Origin: an uncultured virus (IMG/VR IMGVR_UViG_3300020180_000002) | Taxonomy: Duplodnaviria; Heunggongvirae; Uroviricota; Caudoviricetes | DNA length: 64,000 nucleotides | Virus record (IMG/VR): IMGVR_UViG_3300020180_000002 | Strand: one strand, 5' to 3' | Shown: piece after piece, positions 1 to 10,592 of the stretch | How the letters are laid out: the number at the start of each line of letters is the position of its first letter | Numbering within the stretch: the stretch's first letter is position 1 | Notes under the pieces: model-generated | Databases searched by the model: none | Seen by the model: the letters and a program-made list of their open reading frames with translations, nothing else | What the model was told of the DNA's origin: nothing | Made by a program: the position numbers and the translations under genes

Positions 1-2205
1 GCTCAGAATATAGTTACAACAGGTTCAGGTACATTTAGCGGAACATTTGATTTAGCTCAAATAGCCACTCCTTCTAATCCCACTGCAAGTCGAAATAGAC
101 TATACTTTAAATCAGATGGAAATCTTTATAAATTAAATTCATCAGGTGTAGAAACAGTATTTTCTTCTGGATCTGGGGATATCCTAAATGGAGGAAATTC
201 ATTCGGCAGCGCGATAACTATAGGCACAAATGATACTTTTGCTTTGCAGTTTGAAACTGATAGTGTTGTTAAAGGATCTATTTCAACCACAGGCGCTTGG
301 GTGGTAGGTGCATCAGGCGGAACTGAAACTCATCAAGCTATAGGCAGAATGAGATTTGAAGGTGCAGATTCCGCTACTGTATTTGGTTCAGTAGGCACTG
401 GAAATAATATAATTGTAAGAAACACTAACGGTACCGCCAATACTTTTGCAGGGTTATTTTTTCAAGACCCTAGTTCAACTACCTACAGAGGTGGAATTGT
501 TGGCCAATACGTATCAGGAGCCGGCACAGCTGTTGATCTTGTTTTCTTAAATAATACAACTGAAAATGGTAGACTATCAGCCGCTGGACTATGGACATTA
601 GGCGCATCAGGTGGAACAAATACACATCTCCTTAATGGAGCGATGAGAGCAACTAGACCTTCATCAATATTTGGTGCTCCCGTTGCAAGTCAAGGATTTA
701 CTGTCACTGGATCACATACTGCCACCGGAGTATCTTCTTGGGGTTTAACAGCTTCTTACACTAATACTACAGCTCAAACATCCAGGTCTACTGGATTTTA
801 TTCACAATTAGTTACAGCAAATAGTGCATTTACAACCGGAGTAGTTTCTAACTTCCAATCAGATGGTGTCTCAAAAGGCGCAGCTCATACTATCACACGT
901 TTCATTGGCTTTGAAATAACTCAAGCGACCACATCAGCTACAAATAACTGTACAGGTATTGCTGATAATTCATCATTCACTGGAAACTGGTTTATTAATA
1001 GTACCTCTGCTAATCCTTCATTGCTAAGCGGGCAATTAACATCCGCTAGTTTTATTCCTACTAGTTCAACTGTTCCTACTAACGGACTTTACTTAAGCGC
1101 AGCTAATATACCGAGTATATCTGCAAATAGTACGGCTACGGTTAGATGGGGTACCAATGCATCTTCATCTTATCAACAATTCATGTCTACGACAGGAACT
1201 CGGCAAGGGCTTATATTCAACGAAACATCTGATTCATCTATCACTATATCAGGAGACACAGGGTCATCTTTAGGCGCTCAATTAAAAGTATGTGGATCAA
1301 CTCACGCTACTTTAGCGAATATTACTCAATTCATAGTTGGTCCTTCTACGGTTAACGGATCTGTATCAGCCGCTGGACTATGGACATTAGGCGCAGCAAG
1401 TGGAACTCAAGTTCATGAAGTTAATGGCTCGCTAACTATTTCCAGGCAATTAGCTACTCAACGCGGCACAGATTTCACTACCACTGGAAGCTCTAACAAT
1501 GTATCTACAAGTAACACATCTCTTTTAAGATACTCTGGAGCTAGTTCAGCAATCATTACAGGTTTTGCTAACGGAGCTGATGGTAAGTTCTTAGTTTTTA
1601 TGAACTCTACAGCTTTTACTGTAAATTTAAATAACTTAGATGGCAGTTCAAGTTCAGCTAATCAAATAGAAACTGGAACCTCTGTAGCTGTAGTTATTCA
1701 ACCCGGGACCTCTGTATTCCTCCAATATGACTCACAATCCACTAAATGGCGAGTTATTGCGGGAAGTGGTGGAGCTATTGTAGGGGTTACAAATGGTTCT
1801 AATGCTCTCGCTGGATATATCGGCGAGTATGTCAGTTCTGAAGTAACTACTCCTGCAAGTGTACCAACAACTGCTCAAACAGGTAACATTACCTCTATTT
1901 CATTAACTGCTGGTGATTGGGATATATCAGCAGCAGCCCACCAACATGCTAACGGAGCAACCGTTACTAGGTTTTTGTTAGGAATTGGAACAGTAACTGG
2001 TAATGATCAAACAGGAATGGTTGAAGGTATTAATACAGTAGACGGACCTGTGCCATTAAATGCTGTTAGAGGAGCAGGTGCATCAATTCCATCATGGAGA
2101 GTTAGTCTAACTAGCACAACAACATATTATCTTAAAATACTGTGCACTTATAGTGTAGCCACCCCACTTGCTACAGGTAGAATTAGTGCAAGACGAGTTA
2201 GATAA
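1..2205 (+). CDS. Tail fibre / receptor-binding-like protein (5' partial; frame is open from base 1)
   Basis: Frame 1 has no stop from base 1 to 2205. G/S/T/A-rich, beta-rich composition; three internal G-x-W-x-x-G-A-x-x-G-T-x-x-H repeats; fibre-like C-terminus (SISLTAGDWDI...ISARRVR); directly upstream of tail genes. Confidence 0.7.
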   Translation, partial: AQNIVTTGSGTFSGTFDLAQIATPSNPTASRNRLYFKSDGNLYKLNSSGVETVFSSGSGDILNGGNSFGSAITIGTNDTFALQFETDSVVKGSISTTGAWVVGASGGTETHQAIGRMRFEGADSATVFGSVGTGNNIIVRNTNGTANTFAGLFFQDPSSTTYRGGIVGQYVSGAGTAVDLVFLNNTTENGRLSAAGLWTLGASGGTNTHLLNGAMRATRPSSIFGAPVASQGFTVTGSHTATGVSSWGLTASYTNTTAQTSRSTGFYSQLVTANSAFTTGVVSNFQSDGVSKGAAHTITRFIGFEITQATTSATNNCTGIADNSSFTGNWFINSTSANPSLLSGQLTSASFIPTSSTVPTNGLYLSAANIPSISANSTATVRWGTNASSSYQQFMSTTGTRQGLIFNETSDSSITISGDTGSSLGAQLKVCGSTHATLANITQFIVGPSTVNGSVSAAGLWTLGAASGTQVHEVNGSLTISRQLATQRGTDFTTTGSSNNVSTSNTSLLRYSGASSAIITGFANGADGKFLVFMNSTAFTVNLNNLDGSSSSANQIETGTSVAVVIQPGTSVFLQYDSQSTKWRVIAGSGGAIVGVTNGSNALAGYIGEYVSSEVTTPASVPTTAQTGNITSISLTAGDWDISAAAHQHANGATVTRFLLGIGTVTGNDQTGMVEGINTVDGPVPLNAVRGAGASIPSWRVSLTSTTTYYLKILCTYSVATPLATGRISARRVR

Positions 2206-2393
2206 TGTTTGCAGAACTTTTACATATAATTAATCGATCTCCAAACAATACATGGAATAAGTATCTATCTAGATTCCTTGGCGACGCCTCTGAACAAGAA
2301 AATGGCTGGGATTTTAAGAATGTAGTTGATACCGCCGCCTGGACAGCAGGTACAATGGCGATATCCCTAGGGATTTATTTTTTAATTAGATAA
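2205..2393 (+). CDS. Small membrane protein (C-terminal TM helix)
   Basis: Overlaps the fibre stop codon (TAATG); hydrophobic C-terminus. Confidence 0.55.
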   Translation: MFAELLHIINRSPNNTWNKYLSRFLGDASEQENGWDFKNVVDTAAWTAGTMAISLGIYFLIR

Positions 2394-2446
2394 AAATTTA
2401 GACATAATAAGTAATATATCAGTTTTAATTGAAAGGAAATGAATAA

Positions 2447-2776
2447 ATGTTAGACAACGAACTAGAACAAAAATCAAAGATAGAGACTCTAATGGAGATT
2501 GTTAGATTGATGAAACAACTTCAAGGAAGCCCTAAGGATAAAAAACCAATGGCAATGGAGCTTGAAGTTAAATCCCATAAAATGCCAGGTGCAGAAGAAG
2601 AATCACCTTCTGATGAAGCAAATGATCTTAGCTCTGAACTTTCTCTTGAATCTCCTGAACAAGATCAAGAAGAAATGGAACCAGAAGCAGTAGAAGGTCT
2701 TGATGAAGAATCAGAACAAGAAATGGAATTACCTGAGGCTTTCAAGAAATTGCTAGCTGAAAAACTTAAGAGATAA
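2447..2776 (+). CDS. Acidic hypothetical phage protein
   Basis: Good RBS (GAAAGGAA); Glu-rich ORF. Confidence 0.65.
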   Translation: MLDNELEQKSKIETLMEIVRLMKQLQGSPKDKKPMAMELEVKSHKMPGAEEESPSDEANDLSSELSLESPEQDQEEMEPEAVEGLDEESEQEMELPEAFKKLLAEKLKR

Positions 2777-2925
2777 TGAAATCATTAGATTCTAAAGTTA
2801 AAATTGATGTCCTTAAAGGGCTATCAAATAAAATGCGTTTTGATAAACAGCCGAAAAAAGATTTTATTATTTTAGCTGAAACAAAACGTAAGATTAATCC
2901 TGACTATAAACCATCTAAAAAATAG
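2776..2925 (+). CDS. Small basic hypothetical protein (49 aa, MKSLDSKVKIDVLKG...)
   Basis: Read manually; ATG overlaps the preceding TAA; below the ORF-track cutoff. Confidence 0.5.
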   Translation: MKSLDSKVKIDVLKGLSNKMRFDKQPKKDFIILAETKRKINPDYKPSKK

Positions 2926-2971
2926 TCTAACTAGTAAACTTTACTAGTATTAATCCAAGGGTAATTTAAAT

Positions 2972-3931
2972 ATGAGTGGCTTTAATTATACAACAACAAA
3001 TTTACTTGCTGATATCAAGCGAAGATCCTTTACTCCAATTTCACAGATTACATTCACAAATGCTGATCTTTTAAATATGGCAGATGAAGAAATTCAAGTA
3101 GGTATTGTTCCTTTCCTAATGGAAGCCAGAGAAGAGTATTTAGTTACCTATAAAGACTATAACATTGAAGGAGATACAAACGAATTTGAAGTTCCTTCTA
3201 GGTCAATCGGGGCTAAATTAAGAGATGTAACTGTCCTTACATCACCCTCTTCTCAAGGCAATCAACCTAATGAAAAGTCTATACCTCAGATAAATGCAGA
3301 AGATTCAGTCTGGAATAACAACAATAATAATCTCCTTTCAATTCAATCTTTCTTTTTAAGAGATAACAATGTTGTATTATCTCCTTCTGCATCAAGTTAC
3401 GCTGGTCAACAATTAAGACTTTATTACTTTAAACGCCCTAATAAACTTATATTACCTACAGAATGTTCTCAAATCACAAGTATTACTGATAATACATGTA
3501 CTGTAAACATTGTTCCAACATCATATGGCTCTGGACAGTCACTTACTATAACTTCAGATGTAGTTAAAGCTAAACCTCCTTTTAAATTATTAACAATGGA
3601 TATTGATTTAATAGTGGACTCCACTGCAAACACAATAACTTTTCCTGATGATTTATCTTCATATGATATTGAAATTGGTGACTATATATGCTTAGCTGGC
3701 GAAACACCAATTCCAATTTTACCAGTTGAATTACAAAGCTTTTTAGCTCAAAGGGTTGCGGTAACTTTATTATCGTCAATGGGCGACCAACGTAACTTTC
3801 AAATGGCAACTAATAGACTTGTAGAAATGGAAAAGAATATTAGAAATTTAATTTCTAATAGAGTTGAAGGTGCTAACCGTAAGGTAGTTAATAGGTTTTC
3901 TACGTTTAATCAGTCGCCGTATAGACGTTAA
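2972..3931 (+). CDS. Head-tail adaptor / tail tubular protein A-like
   Basis: Size, N-terminal helical pattern (LLADIKRRS...LLNMADEE) and position immediately before the large nozzle-like gene. Confidence 0.6.
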   Translation: MSGFNYTTTNLLADIKRRSFTPISQITFTNADLLNMADEEIQVGIVPFLMEAREEYLVTYKDYNIEGDTNEFEVPSRSIGAKLRDVTVLTSPSSQGNQPNEKSIPQINAEDSVWNNNNNNLLSIQSFFLRDNNVVLSPSASSYAGQQLRLYYFKRPNKLILPTECSQITSITDNTCTVNIVPTSYGSGQSLTITSDVVKAKPPFKLLTMDIDLIVDSTANTITFPDDLSSYDIEIGDYICLAGETPIPILPVELQSFLAQRVAVTLLSSMGDQRNFQMATNRLVEMEKNIRNLISNRVEGANRKVVNRFSTFNQSPYRR

Positions 3932-3985
3932 TAGTTATATGTAAGTATTAATAACCATAGGTCAACCATCTTGGATTAAAAGAAA

Positions 3986-6900
3986 ATGCAAAATTTAACT
4001 ATAAAAAATTCAGGATTAAAGACTTATAGTAATAGACTATCTGAAGTAAAACCTGGATCATTAGTTCAAGCTGATAATGTTGTTTTAGATAGAGAAGCTG
4101 TAATTGAACCTCGACGAGGGTACAACTCTTTACCCGGTACACTTAGTACTACATTAACAGATAGAGCTAATCAAATATTTAAATTTGAAGATAACTTAAT
4201 ATCTCACTATGGTGTATTAAATGCTCCAACTAAATTAGCGTTTTATGCACCTACTGTTACTATCACAGGCTCTCAAGTTTCTGCATCAAACGTAATATCT
4301 AATTTAAATTCAATTGAAAATTTATATGTTAATCAATATGTTACAGTAGATACAATTGAACAATCATTTACAGGTTCAATCGTATTAGGTACAAATCAAA
4401 TAACTAATGTTGCTTCTGTAATAGGTTTATATGTAGGCCAATTCATCGGTGGAACTGGTATACCAGCAAACACCACCATTACCGCAATCAGCGGGGCTGG
4501 ACCTTTTACACTCACTATTTCTGATACCATAACATATACAAATGCCAATGCAGGCTTAAGTGCATCTAATGCTAATTTATTAGGAATACCAGTTAATACC
4601 ACAATTACCGCTGTAGGGCCTTCTACTATTACATTATCAACCCCTGTTACTATTTCTAGTAGAACATTTACTTTTAGTCCATCAGATGTAGATATTGTTG
4701 AAGATCAAATAAATGTATTATACCATGGATTAGTTGAAGGTCAAACAGTTGAATTTACATCATCAGGTACATTACCGGCTGGATTAACAGCCGGAGTAAT
4801 CTATTATGTAATAAATGTAGCAGATGATTATTTTCAAGTATCATTAACTGAAGGCGGCAATGCTGTTGATATAACTACACAAGGAACAGGAACACATACC
4901 GCCACCTCTAGAAATTCTATTAGAGCATATGGCTGGATAGATTATGCCGGTACCTATAATCAACCAGATACCGCTACTAAATTACGATCAGTAGAAGCTA
5001 ATAATAATGTTTATTTTACTACATCAACTGGTATACAAAAATTAGATTCATTAACTAGTGTAATAGTACCAGCAGGTGCACCTAAAGGTCTTGATGGATT
5101 TGCAATTTTGAGTGATTCTTCAAGCGGATTTATGCCTAATGATACTCAAGTTGCATACAGAGTAGTCTGGGGTTATAAAGATTTAAATCAAAATCTTGTT
5201 TTAGGTGCACCTAGTCAACGTATTTTAGTTTCAAATAGCACAGGTGAAACCAAAGATGTAAATCTTAATATTACTATACCTCAAGAAGTCACAACTAGTT
5301 ATTTTTATCAAATATATAGATCAGGATTTAGTGCTTCAGCACAAGACGAACCTAATGATGAAATGTCTCTTGTATATGAAGCTAATCCAACATCATTGGA
5401 TTTAACTAATGAATATTTAATAGTTACCGATGAAACTCCTGAAAGTTTACGTAATGGAGCTACACTTTATACTTCTCCTAGTCAAGAAGGTATCTTACAA
5501 GCTAATGAGCCGCCTCCATTTGCTAAAGATGTTACTTTATTTAAAGGTAGTACATTTTATGCAAATACAAAAACTAAACAAAATTTAACTTTAAGTATAT
5601 TATCAGTATCTTCTCAATTTAATATATTTGGAAATACAACTAATGTAGTAGGAGATACACCTACTACTATAAGAAACTTATCATACAGCATAGTGGGCAC
5701 ACTAACCGCAGGTAGTAACCAAATCACAGGAATAGCCGATACGGGATCTTTATATGAAGGTCAGACTATATCTGATACCACAAACCCTTCTTATATCCCA
5801 ACTGGCACAGTTATAACAGAAATAGTAAGTTCTAGTGTTATTACTATTAGTAATCCAGCTACAACCTCTTCAATAGGCGACACATTATCAATTGGAGTAG
5901 CTGGATTACTAATTGGACAACTAATCTCAGGAACTGGCATTCCATCTAGTACAACAGTCACAGAAATATATTCTGCATTTACTTCAATCGGAGATACAAC
6001 TATAGGATCTCCAACTGTAATAAATATAGCATCTACCACAGGCTTCAAAGTAGGTCAAATTATAACAGGAGCTGGTATACCGGTAAATACAACTGTATTA
6101 AATATTCCCACCAACACAAGTATTACTTTAAGTAAGAATGCAACAGCAACCGCAGCCGCAGTAACTCTAACTCTAGAAGAGGGATTCCAAATATCCAATG
6201 CAGCTACCGCAGTTGGATCAAATGTAACTCTCACTTTAAAAAACGGTTTATTAGGTATACAATTCAATGATACACTAACAATAGCTGGAATTACATACAC
6301 CGCAAAATTAGTAGAAAATGTAGCTAATAAAGAATTTAAAATATACGCCCAAGGATCCCCCGCTCAAAACATTGGAGATACTGCACAATCTTTAATTAGA
6401 GTTGTTAATAGAACAACATCCCCCGCTCCAACCATATACGCTTATTACTTATCGGGGTTTAACGCTCTACCAGGTAAGATCTTATTTCAAGAAAGATCAT
6501 TTGGAGGGGGAATATTCTATGCAACCGCTAATTCCACTTCAGCCGGCGCAGCATATAGTCCTAACTTACCTGCATCAGGTACAACAGTAGGTTCTCAAAA
6601 TGATCAATTTCAAAATGGTCTTTATTTTAGTAAAACTCAACAACCGGACGCTGTTCCATTATTGAATTTTACTAAAGTAGGTAGCGCACATGCTGCTATT
6701 TTAAGAATTATCCCACTTAGAGATAGTTTATTTATTTTAAAAGAAGACGGTATATTTAGACTAACAGGTGAAAGTCCCACAAGCTTTAGAGTGGATCTAT
6801 TTGATAGTACTACCCAAATACTTGCAGCAGAATCTGCAGTGAGTTTAAATAATCTTATATTTATGTTCTCTAGATACGGCATTGTAACTGTATCTGACAC

Positions 6901-7993
6901 GGGCGTTACTGTTATTTCTAGACCAATTGAAGATAAGATGTTAGATTTATTAGAAATAGATCAAGCTAAGGTTAGAGATTTAAGCTTTGGTATATCTTAT
7001 GAATCTGACAGAAAATATATTTTTTATAGTATCACAACATCCACCGACACATCTTGCACACAGGCATATGTATATAATACATTTACAGAAACCTGGACTA
7101 GATATGTAAGAAATCAAACCTGCGGTATAGTACAACCAGTTGATGATCTTTTATACATGGGCGATGCTACAGAAAATATATTTGATATAGAACGAAAAAG
7201 CCGATCTTTTACTGATTATACAGATACTTCATTTGAAGTGACATTAAGTCAGTTAACCGGAACTACCACTTTAGGTTCTTCAATAATCACCTCAATAGCT
7301 AATACTAGTTATTTTGAAAGAGGAGATTTAATCTCCGGAATTGGCATTCCCCCTGATGCTCAAATTATTGACACAGGCGGAAGTACTATCACTTTAAATA
7401 AGGTTGCCACTTCCTCGGGCGTCACCACATTGCTTTTAAACGAAGGTAAATCCCTTATAATCAATTCTTTAGCAGATGTTGAGGTTGGGGACGCTTTATG
7501 GCAATCTGACGGCAGGTATAGCATTATATCAGCTATAAACGATATTACACAAGTTATCACAGTGAATGATTATATAAATGACTGGGTTTCAGGTCCTGCT
7601 AGCATATTAAAGGCATTCTCTAGTATTATTAAATATGTACCTCAAACCTCTCAAAACCCTGGAAATATTAAACAATTTAGAGAAACTACTCTATTATTCC
7701 AGGTTCCTTATTTTAATAACATAACCCTAAGTTTTGATACAGACCTATCGTCTGGCCCTGAATCTGTATTATTACAAGGTTTATATGGAGACCAATGGGG
7801 TCGTTTTCCATGGGGCAATATACCATGGGGTGGTATAACTAAGCCTATTCCTTTAAGAACTTATGTTCCTCAGCAAAAGCAAAGATGTTCATTATTAAAT
7901 ATAGCTATTACACATAGAGAAGCATATTCATATTACCGGTTAAACGGACTAAGCTTTATACATGGGGACCTTAACGAAAGAGTAGCTAAGTAA
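3986..7993 (+). CDS. Tail tubular protein B / nozzle-like protein with inserted repeated beta domains
   Basis: N-terminus (ADNVVLDREAVIEPRRG), propeller-like LFILKEDGIFRLTG segment and WG-x-FPWG-x-IPWGG C-terminus typical of podovirus nozzle/stabilisation proteins; about 6 GIP-x-x-T repeats. Confidence 0.65.
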   Translation: MQNLTIKNSGLKTYSNRLSEVKPGSLVQADNVVLDREAVIEPRRGYNSLPGTLSTTLTDRANQIFKFEDNLISHYGVLNAPTKLAFYAPTVTITGSQVSASNVISNLNSIENLYVNQYVTVDTIEQSFTGSIVLGTNQITNVASVIGLYVGQFIGGTGIPANTTITAISGAGPFTLTISDTITYTNANAGLSASNANLLGIPVNTTITAVGPSTITLSTPVTISSRTFTFSPSDVDIVEDQINVLYHGLVEGQTVEFTSSGTLPAGLTAGVIYYVINVADDYFQVSLTEGGNAVDITTQGTGTHTATSRNSIRAYGWIDYAGTYNQPDTATKLRSVEANNNVYFTTSTGIQKLDSLTSVIVPAGAPKGLDGFAILSDSSSGFMPNDTQVAYRVVWGYKDLNQNLVLGAPSQRILVSNSTGETKDVNLNITIPQEVTTSYFYQIYRSGFSASAQDEPNDEMSLVYEANPTSLDLTNEYLIVTDETPESLRNGATLYTSPSQEGILQANEPPPFAKDVTLFKGSTFYANTKTKQNLTLSILSVSSQFNIFGNTTNVVGDTPTTIRNLSYSIVGTLTAGSNQITGIADTGSLYEGQTISDTTNPSYIPTGTVITEIVSSSVITISNPATTSSIGDTLSIGVAGLLIGQLISGTGIPSSTTVTEIYSAFTSIGDTTIGSPTVINIASTTGFKVGQIITGAGIPVNTTVLNIPTNTSITLSKNATATAAAVTLTLEEGFQISNAATAVGSNVTLTLKNGLLGIQFNDTLTIAGITYTAKLVENVANKEFKIYAQGSPAQNIGDTAQSLIRVVNRTTSPAPTIYAYYLSGFNALPGKILFQERSFGGGIFYATANSTSAGAAYSPNLPASGTTVGSQNDQFQNGLYFSKTQQPDAVPLLNFTKVGSAHAAILRIIPLRDSLFILKEDGIFRLTGESPTSFRVDLFDSTTQILAAESAVSLNNLIFMFSRYGIVTVSDTGVTVISRPIEDKMLDLLEIDQAKVRDLSFGISYESDRKYIFYSITTSTDTSCTQAYVYNTFTETWTRYVRNQTCGIVQPVDDLLYMGDATENIFDIERKSRSFTDYTDTSFEVTLSQLTGTTTLGSSIITSIANTSYFERGDLISGIGIPPDAQIIDTGGSTITLNKVATSSGVTTLLLNEGKSLIINSLADVEVGDALWQSDGRYSIISAINDITQVITVNDYINDWVSGPASILKAFSSIIKYVPQTSQNPGNIKQFRETTLLFQVPYFNNITLSFDTDLSSGPESVLLQGLYGDQWGRFPWGNIPWGGITKPIPLRTYVPQQKQRCSLLNIAITHREAYSYYRLNGLSFIHGDLNERVAK

Positions 7994-7994
7994 C

Positions 7995-8399
7995 ATGATT
8001 ATTAGTAATGTTAAAAGAATTATAAAAGAACAACTACCATCCTCGGTACTCCCCTGGGTTGATCAAATTCTTATTCCTATTAACAACGCTATTACTCAAT
8101 TTACTAATGCATTTTCAAATCAAATCACAATCACCGATAACATGTTAGGCGCTGTAAAAACCTTTACATTGAAAACCTCTGATTTTCCTTTCACTTTTTC
8201 ACATTCATTGAATGTTAGACCTAAAATTCTTTTTATAGGTCAAATACAAGAAACATCATCAAACCCTGTTAATTTTTTAACAGGCCCGGTTGTACAGTGG
8301 GACCTAGGGGCAGCAGGAAGTACAGTTGTAATTCAAACTATAACTGGACTTGATTCATCTAAACAATATAATGTAACATTAGTTTTATTAGGGTCTTAA
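7995..8399 (+). CDS. Putative small tail/virion protein
   Basis: Follows the nozzle gene after a 1-nt gap. Confidence 0.55.
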   Translation: MIISNVKRIIKEQLPSSVLPWVDQILIPINNAITQFTNAFSNQITITDNMLGAVKTFTLKTSDFPFTFSHSLNVRPKILFIGQIQETSSNPVNFLTGPVVQWDLGAAGSTVVIQTITGLDSSKQYNVTLVLLGS

Positions 8400-8435
8400 T
8401 CTTAATAAGTACATTATACCATAATTTAAACGAAA

Positions 8436-10157
8436 GTGAAGGGTAATTATATTCCTTTAAATCCAGATAAATTTGACGAATTAAGTGATGAACAAAAGGC
8501 TACAAATAGCGGCCAACTTACATCAGGAGAAGGTGCGGATATCGCTGGTCCACAAACTACATTGGCATCCACCCCCGCGTCAAATAAATCATCTGGATCT
8601 TTTACAAATTTAAATCAATATGTAGAAGCTAATAAAGATCAAGGCGCCGGACTTGGCGGTAAAATTCAACAGAATGTTGAAAAAAGTGCACAAGAAGGTG
8701 CAAGCGCCCTCGGTGAATCTGTTAAACAGTATAATCAAGCTCAAGATGCTGCAGGCGTTAATCCTGAAAACTTTAGTACAGAAAAAGTTCAATCATTTGC
8801 ACAAAAGGCTTTATCTTCCCCTTCAAAAGTTGGTCAATCAGATATTGATTCTTTTAACGAAGCAAGAACAAAATCAGAAGCCTTAACATCCGGAAAAGAT
8901 ACTGCACCCAAAACACTAACAGAATTAAATACATATCAAGATGCAAAAGGTAAATTACAAACAACCGCTGAAAAAGCACAATCCACTGGAACAGAAGGCG
9001 GCCGCGAACAACTTCTTCAAGAAACATTTAAAAGACCTAATTATACAAAAGGCCAAAGTACATTTGATCAACTTTTAACTCAAAACGTTCCTGGTAACAA
9101 AGCTAAATTTGAATCATTAAGAGAAAATCTTTTAGGTCAATATGGATTAGCTAGCCAAGATGCTGCTGCAATACAAGCCGCTGCCGATAAACGCAATGAA
9201 GTTGTTACAAATACAAAACAATCTGTAGCTAATATTCAAGAAGGTCTATTAGGTGAACAAGGTGCGCTTACTAAATATCAAACAGATTTATTAGCAAGAC
9301 CTGATCAATTAAAAACAGGACAACAAACTAAAATTGATCAAAAAAAAGATTCAATACGTAAATATTTATTAAACAATTATGGACCAAAACCATTCGGCAT
9401 GGACCTTGAGTCATTAGTTAATTCCACCGTCAGTGGCGCACAGCCCACTTCTAATATTAATATACAAAATGCTATTTCGCGTGGAGAAAATAGTGACCTG
9501 GCTAAATTACAAGTTTTAAATAAACTAGCTGGTAGAGAATCTAATTTACTAGGTGAAAATGTATTATCAGAAACTGGTGACCAATTTAATACTGACATTA
9601 ATGTAGATGAAAAAGGCCTCGGCACTAAAATTCAAGATAGAAAAAATATTGTATCTAATGATATAATATCTAAAGCAAATCAAACACTTAATAAAAACAT
9701 TGTTGATTTCAATGGAGAAAGTAAACCTGTTGAACAGGCGTCATCTGAAGCTCTTAGTATGATATTTACCCCTCGTGGTGCGATGCGTGACGAGGAAGGG
9801 TATGCAAAAGAGGCTACTAAAGCAAACGATAGAATAGTTAATGAACTAGCTGGACAATTAGCTGATATAAATAATTATAGAAAACAAAATGGATTAACCC
9901 CGGTCTCTGTAACAAAAGCAGACTGGGAGCCAATTTATAATGTATATAAAACTAATGCTTTAAACCGCCGCCTCTTTGCAGGTCAGATTAATACCGCTAT
10001 AGATGTTTTTAAAAACCCAGGTAAATATCCTAATGTTATTAACGCTCTTATATCAGCAGCTGTCCAAAACGCCATGATAATTAAATTTAGAGATCTTAAA
10101 GTTAATCCATTAATGGGAGATGTTATTAGACTACCATCTAATACAAGATCATTTTAA
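8436..10157 (+). CDS. Putative internal virion (ejection) protein
   Basis: Q/N/A/T-rich helical composition, SGSFTNLNQYVEAN motif, position after tail genes. Start codon uncertain. Confidence 0.5.
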   Translation: MKGNYIPLNPDKFDELSDEQKATNSGQLTSGEGADIAGPQTTLASTPASNKSSGSFTNLNQYVEANKDQGAGLGGKIQQNVEKSAQEGASALGESVKQYNQAQDAAGVNPENFSTEKVQSFAQKALSSPSKVGQSDIDSFNEARTKSEALTSGKDTAPKTLTELNTYQDAKGKLQTTAEKAQSTGTEGGREQLLQETFKRPNYTKGQSTFDQLLTQNVPGNKAKFESLRENLLGQYGLASQDAAAIQAAADKRNEVVTNTKQSVANIQEGLLGEQGALTKYQTDLLARPDQLKTGQQTKIDQKKDSIRKYLLNNYGPKPFGMDLESLVNSTVSGAQPTSNINIQNAISRGENSDLAKLQVLNKLAGRESNLLGENVLSETGDQFNTDINVDEKGLGTKIQDRKNIVSNDIISKANQTLNKNIVDFNGESKPVEQASSEALSMIFTPRGAMRDEEGYAKEATKANDRIVNELAGQLADINNYRKQNGLTPVSVTKADWEPIYNVYKTNALNRRLFAGQINTAIDVFKNPGKYPNVINALISAAVQNAMIIKFRDLKVNPLMGDVIRLPSNTRSF

Positions 10158-10159
10158 TT

Positions 10160-10591
10160 ATGAATACTAATCCTAAACAATTAGAAAACATCGAATCTGT
10201 TATAAAGATTGAACAATTCGACCCTTCTAAACATGCAAATGAACTCTCTTCATGGTATTCATTTTATAATATGGGAGATTTAGATTTAAATAAATTGCCT
10301 CAATATGGGCTAGTTGCATATAATGATATATCACCATTAGCTATTCTTTTTATATGTAACTCAGATTGTAAAATAGTATGGTTTGATCTTATAATCGGAA
10401 ATCCTAAAGCTGATAAAGATATTAGATCAAAAGCTCTTGATGCTGTTTCCGATGAAATGTTTATTAAAGCTAAAGAAAAAGGATATACAACAATTTTAGC
10501 AGCATCTGCAATTCCTGCAATGATTGATAGATTAGCTAAACAATTTAAAACTTGTGAAACTAAAGCTTCTTTATTCATGAAAGAAATATAA
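10160..10591 (+). CDS. GNAT-like acetyltransferase in the virion module (T7 gp13-like position)
   Basis: GNAT-like pattern (...AKEKGYTTILAAS...) in the position typical of podovirus acetyltransferases. Confidence 0.5.
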   Translation: MNTNPKQLENIESVIKIEQFDPSKHANELSSWYSFYNMGDLDLNKLPQYGLVAYNDISPLAILFICNSDCKIVWFDLIIGNPKADKDIRSKALDAVSDEMFIKAKEKGYTTILAASAIPAMIDRLAKQFKTCETKASLFMKEI

Positions 10592-10592
10592 T

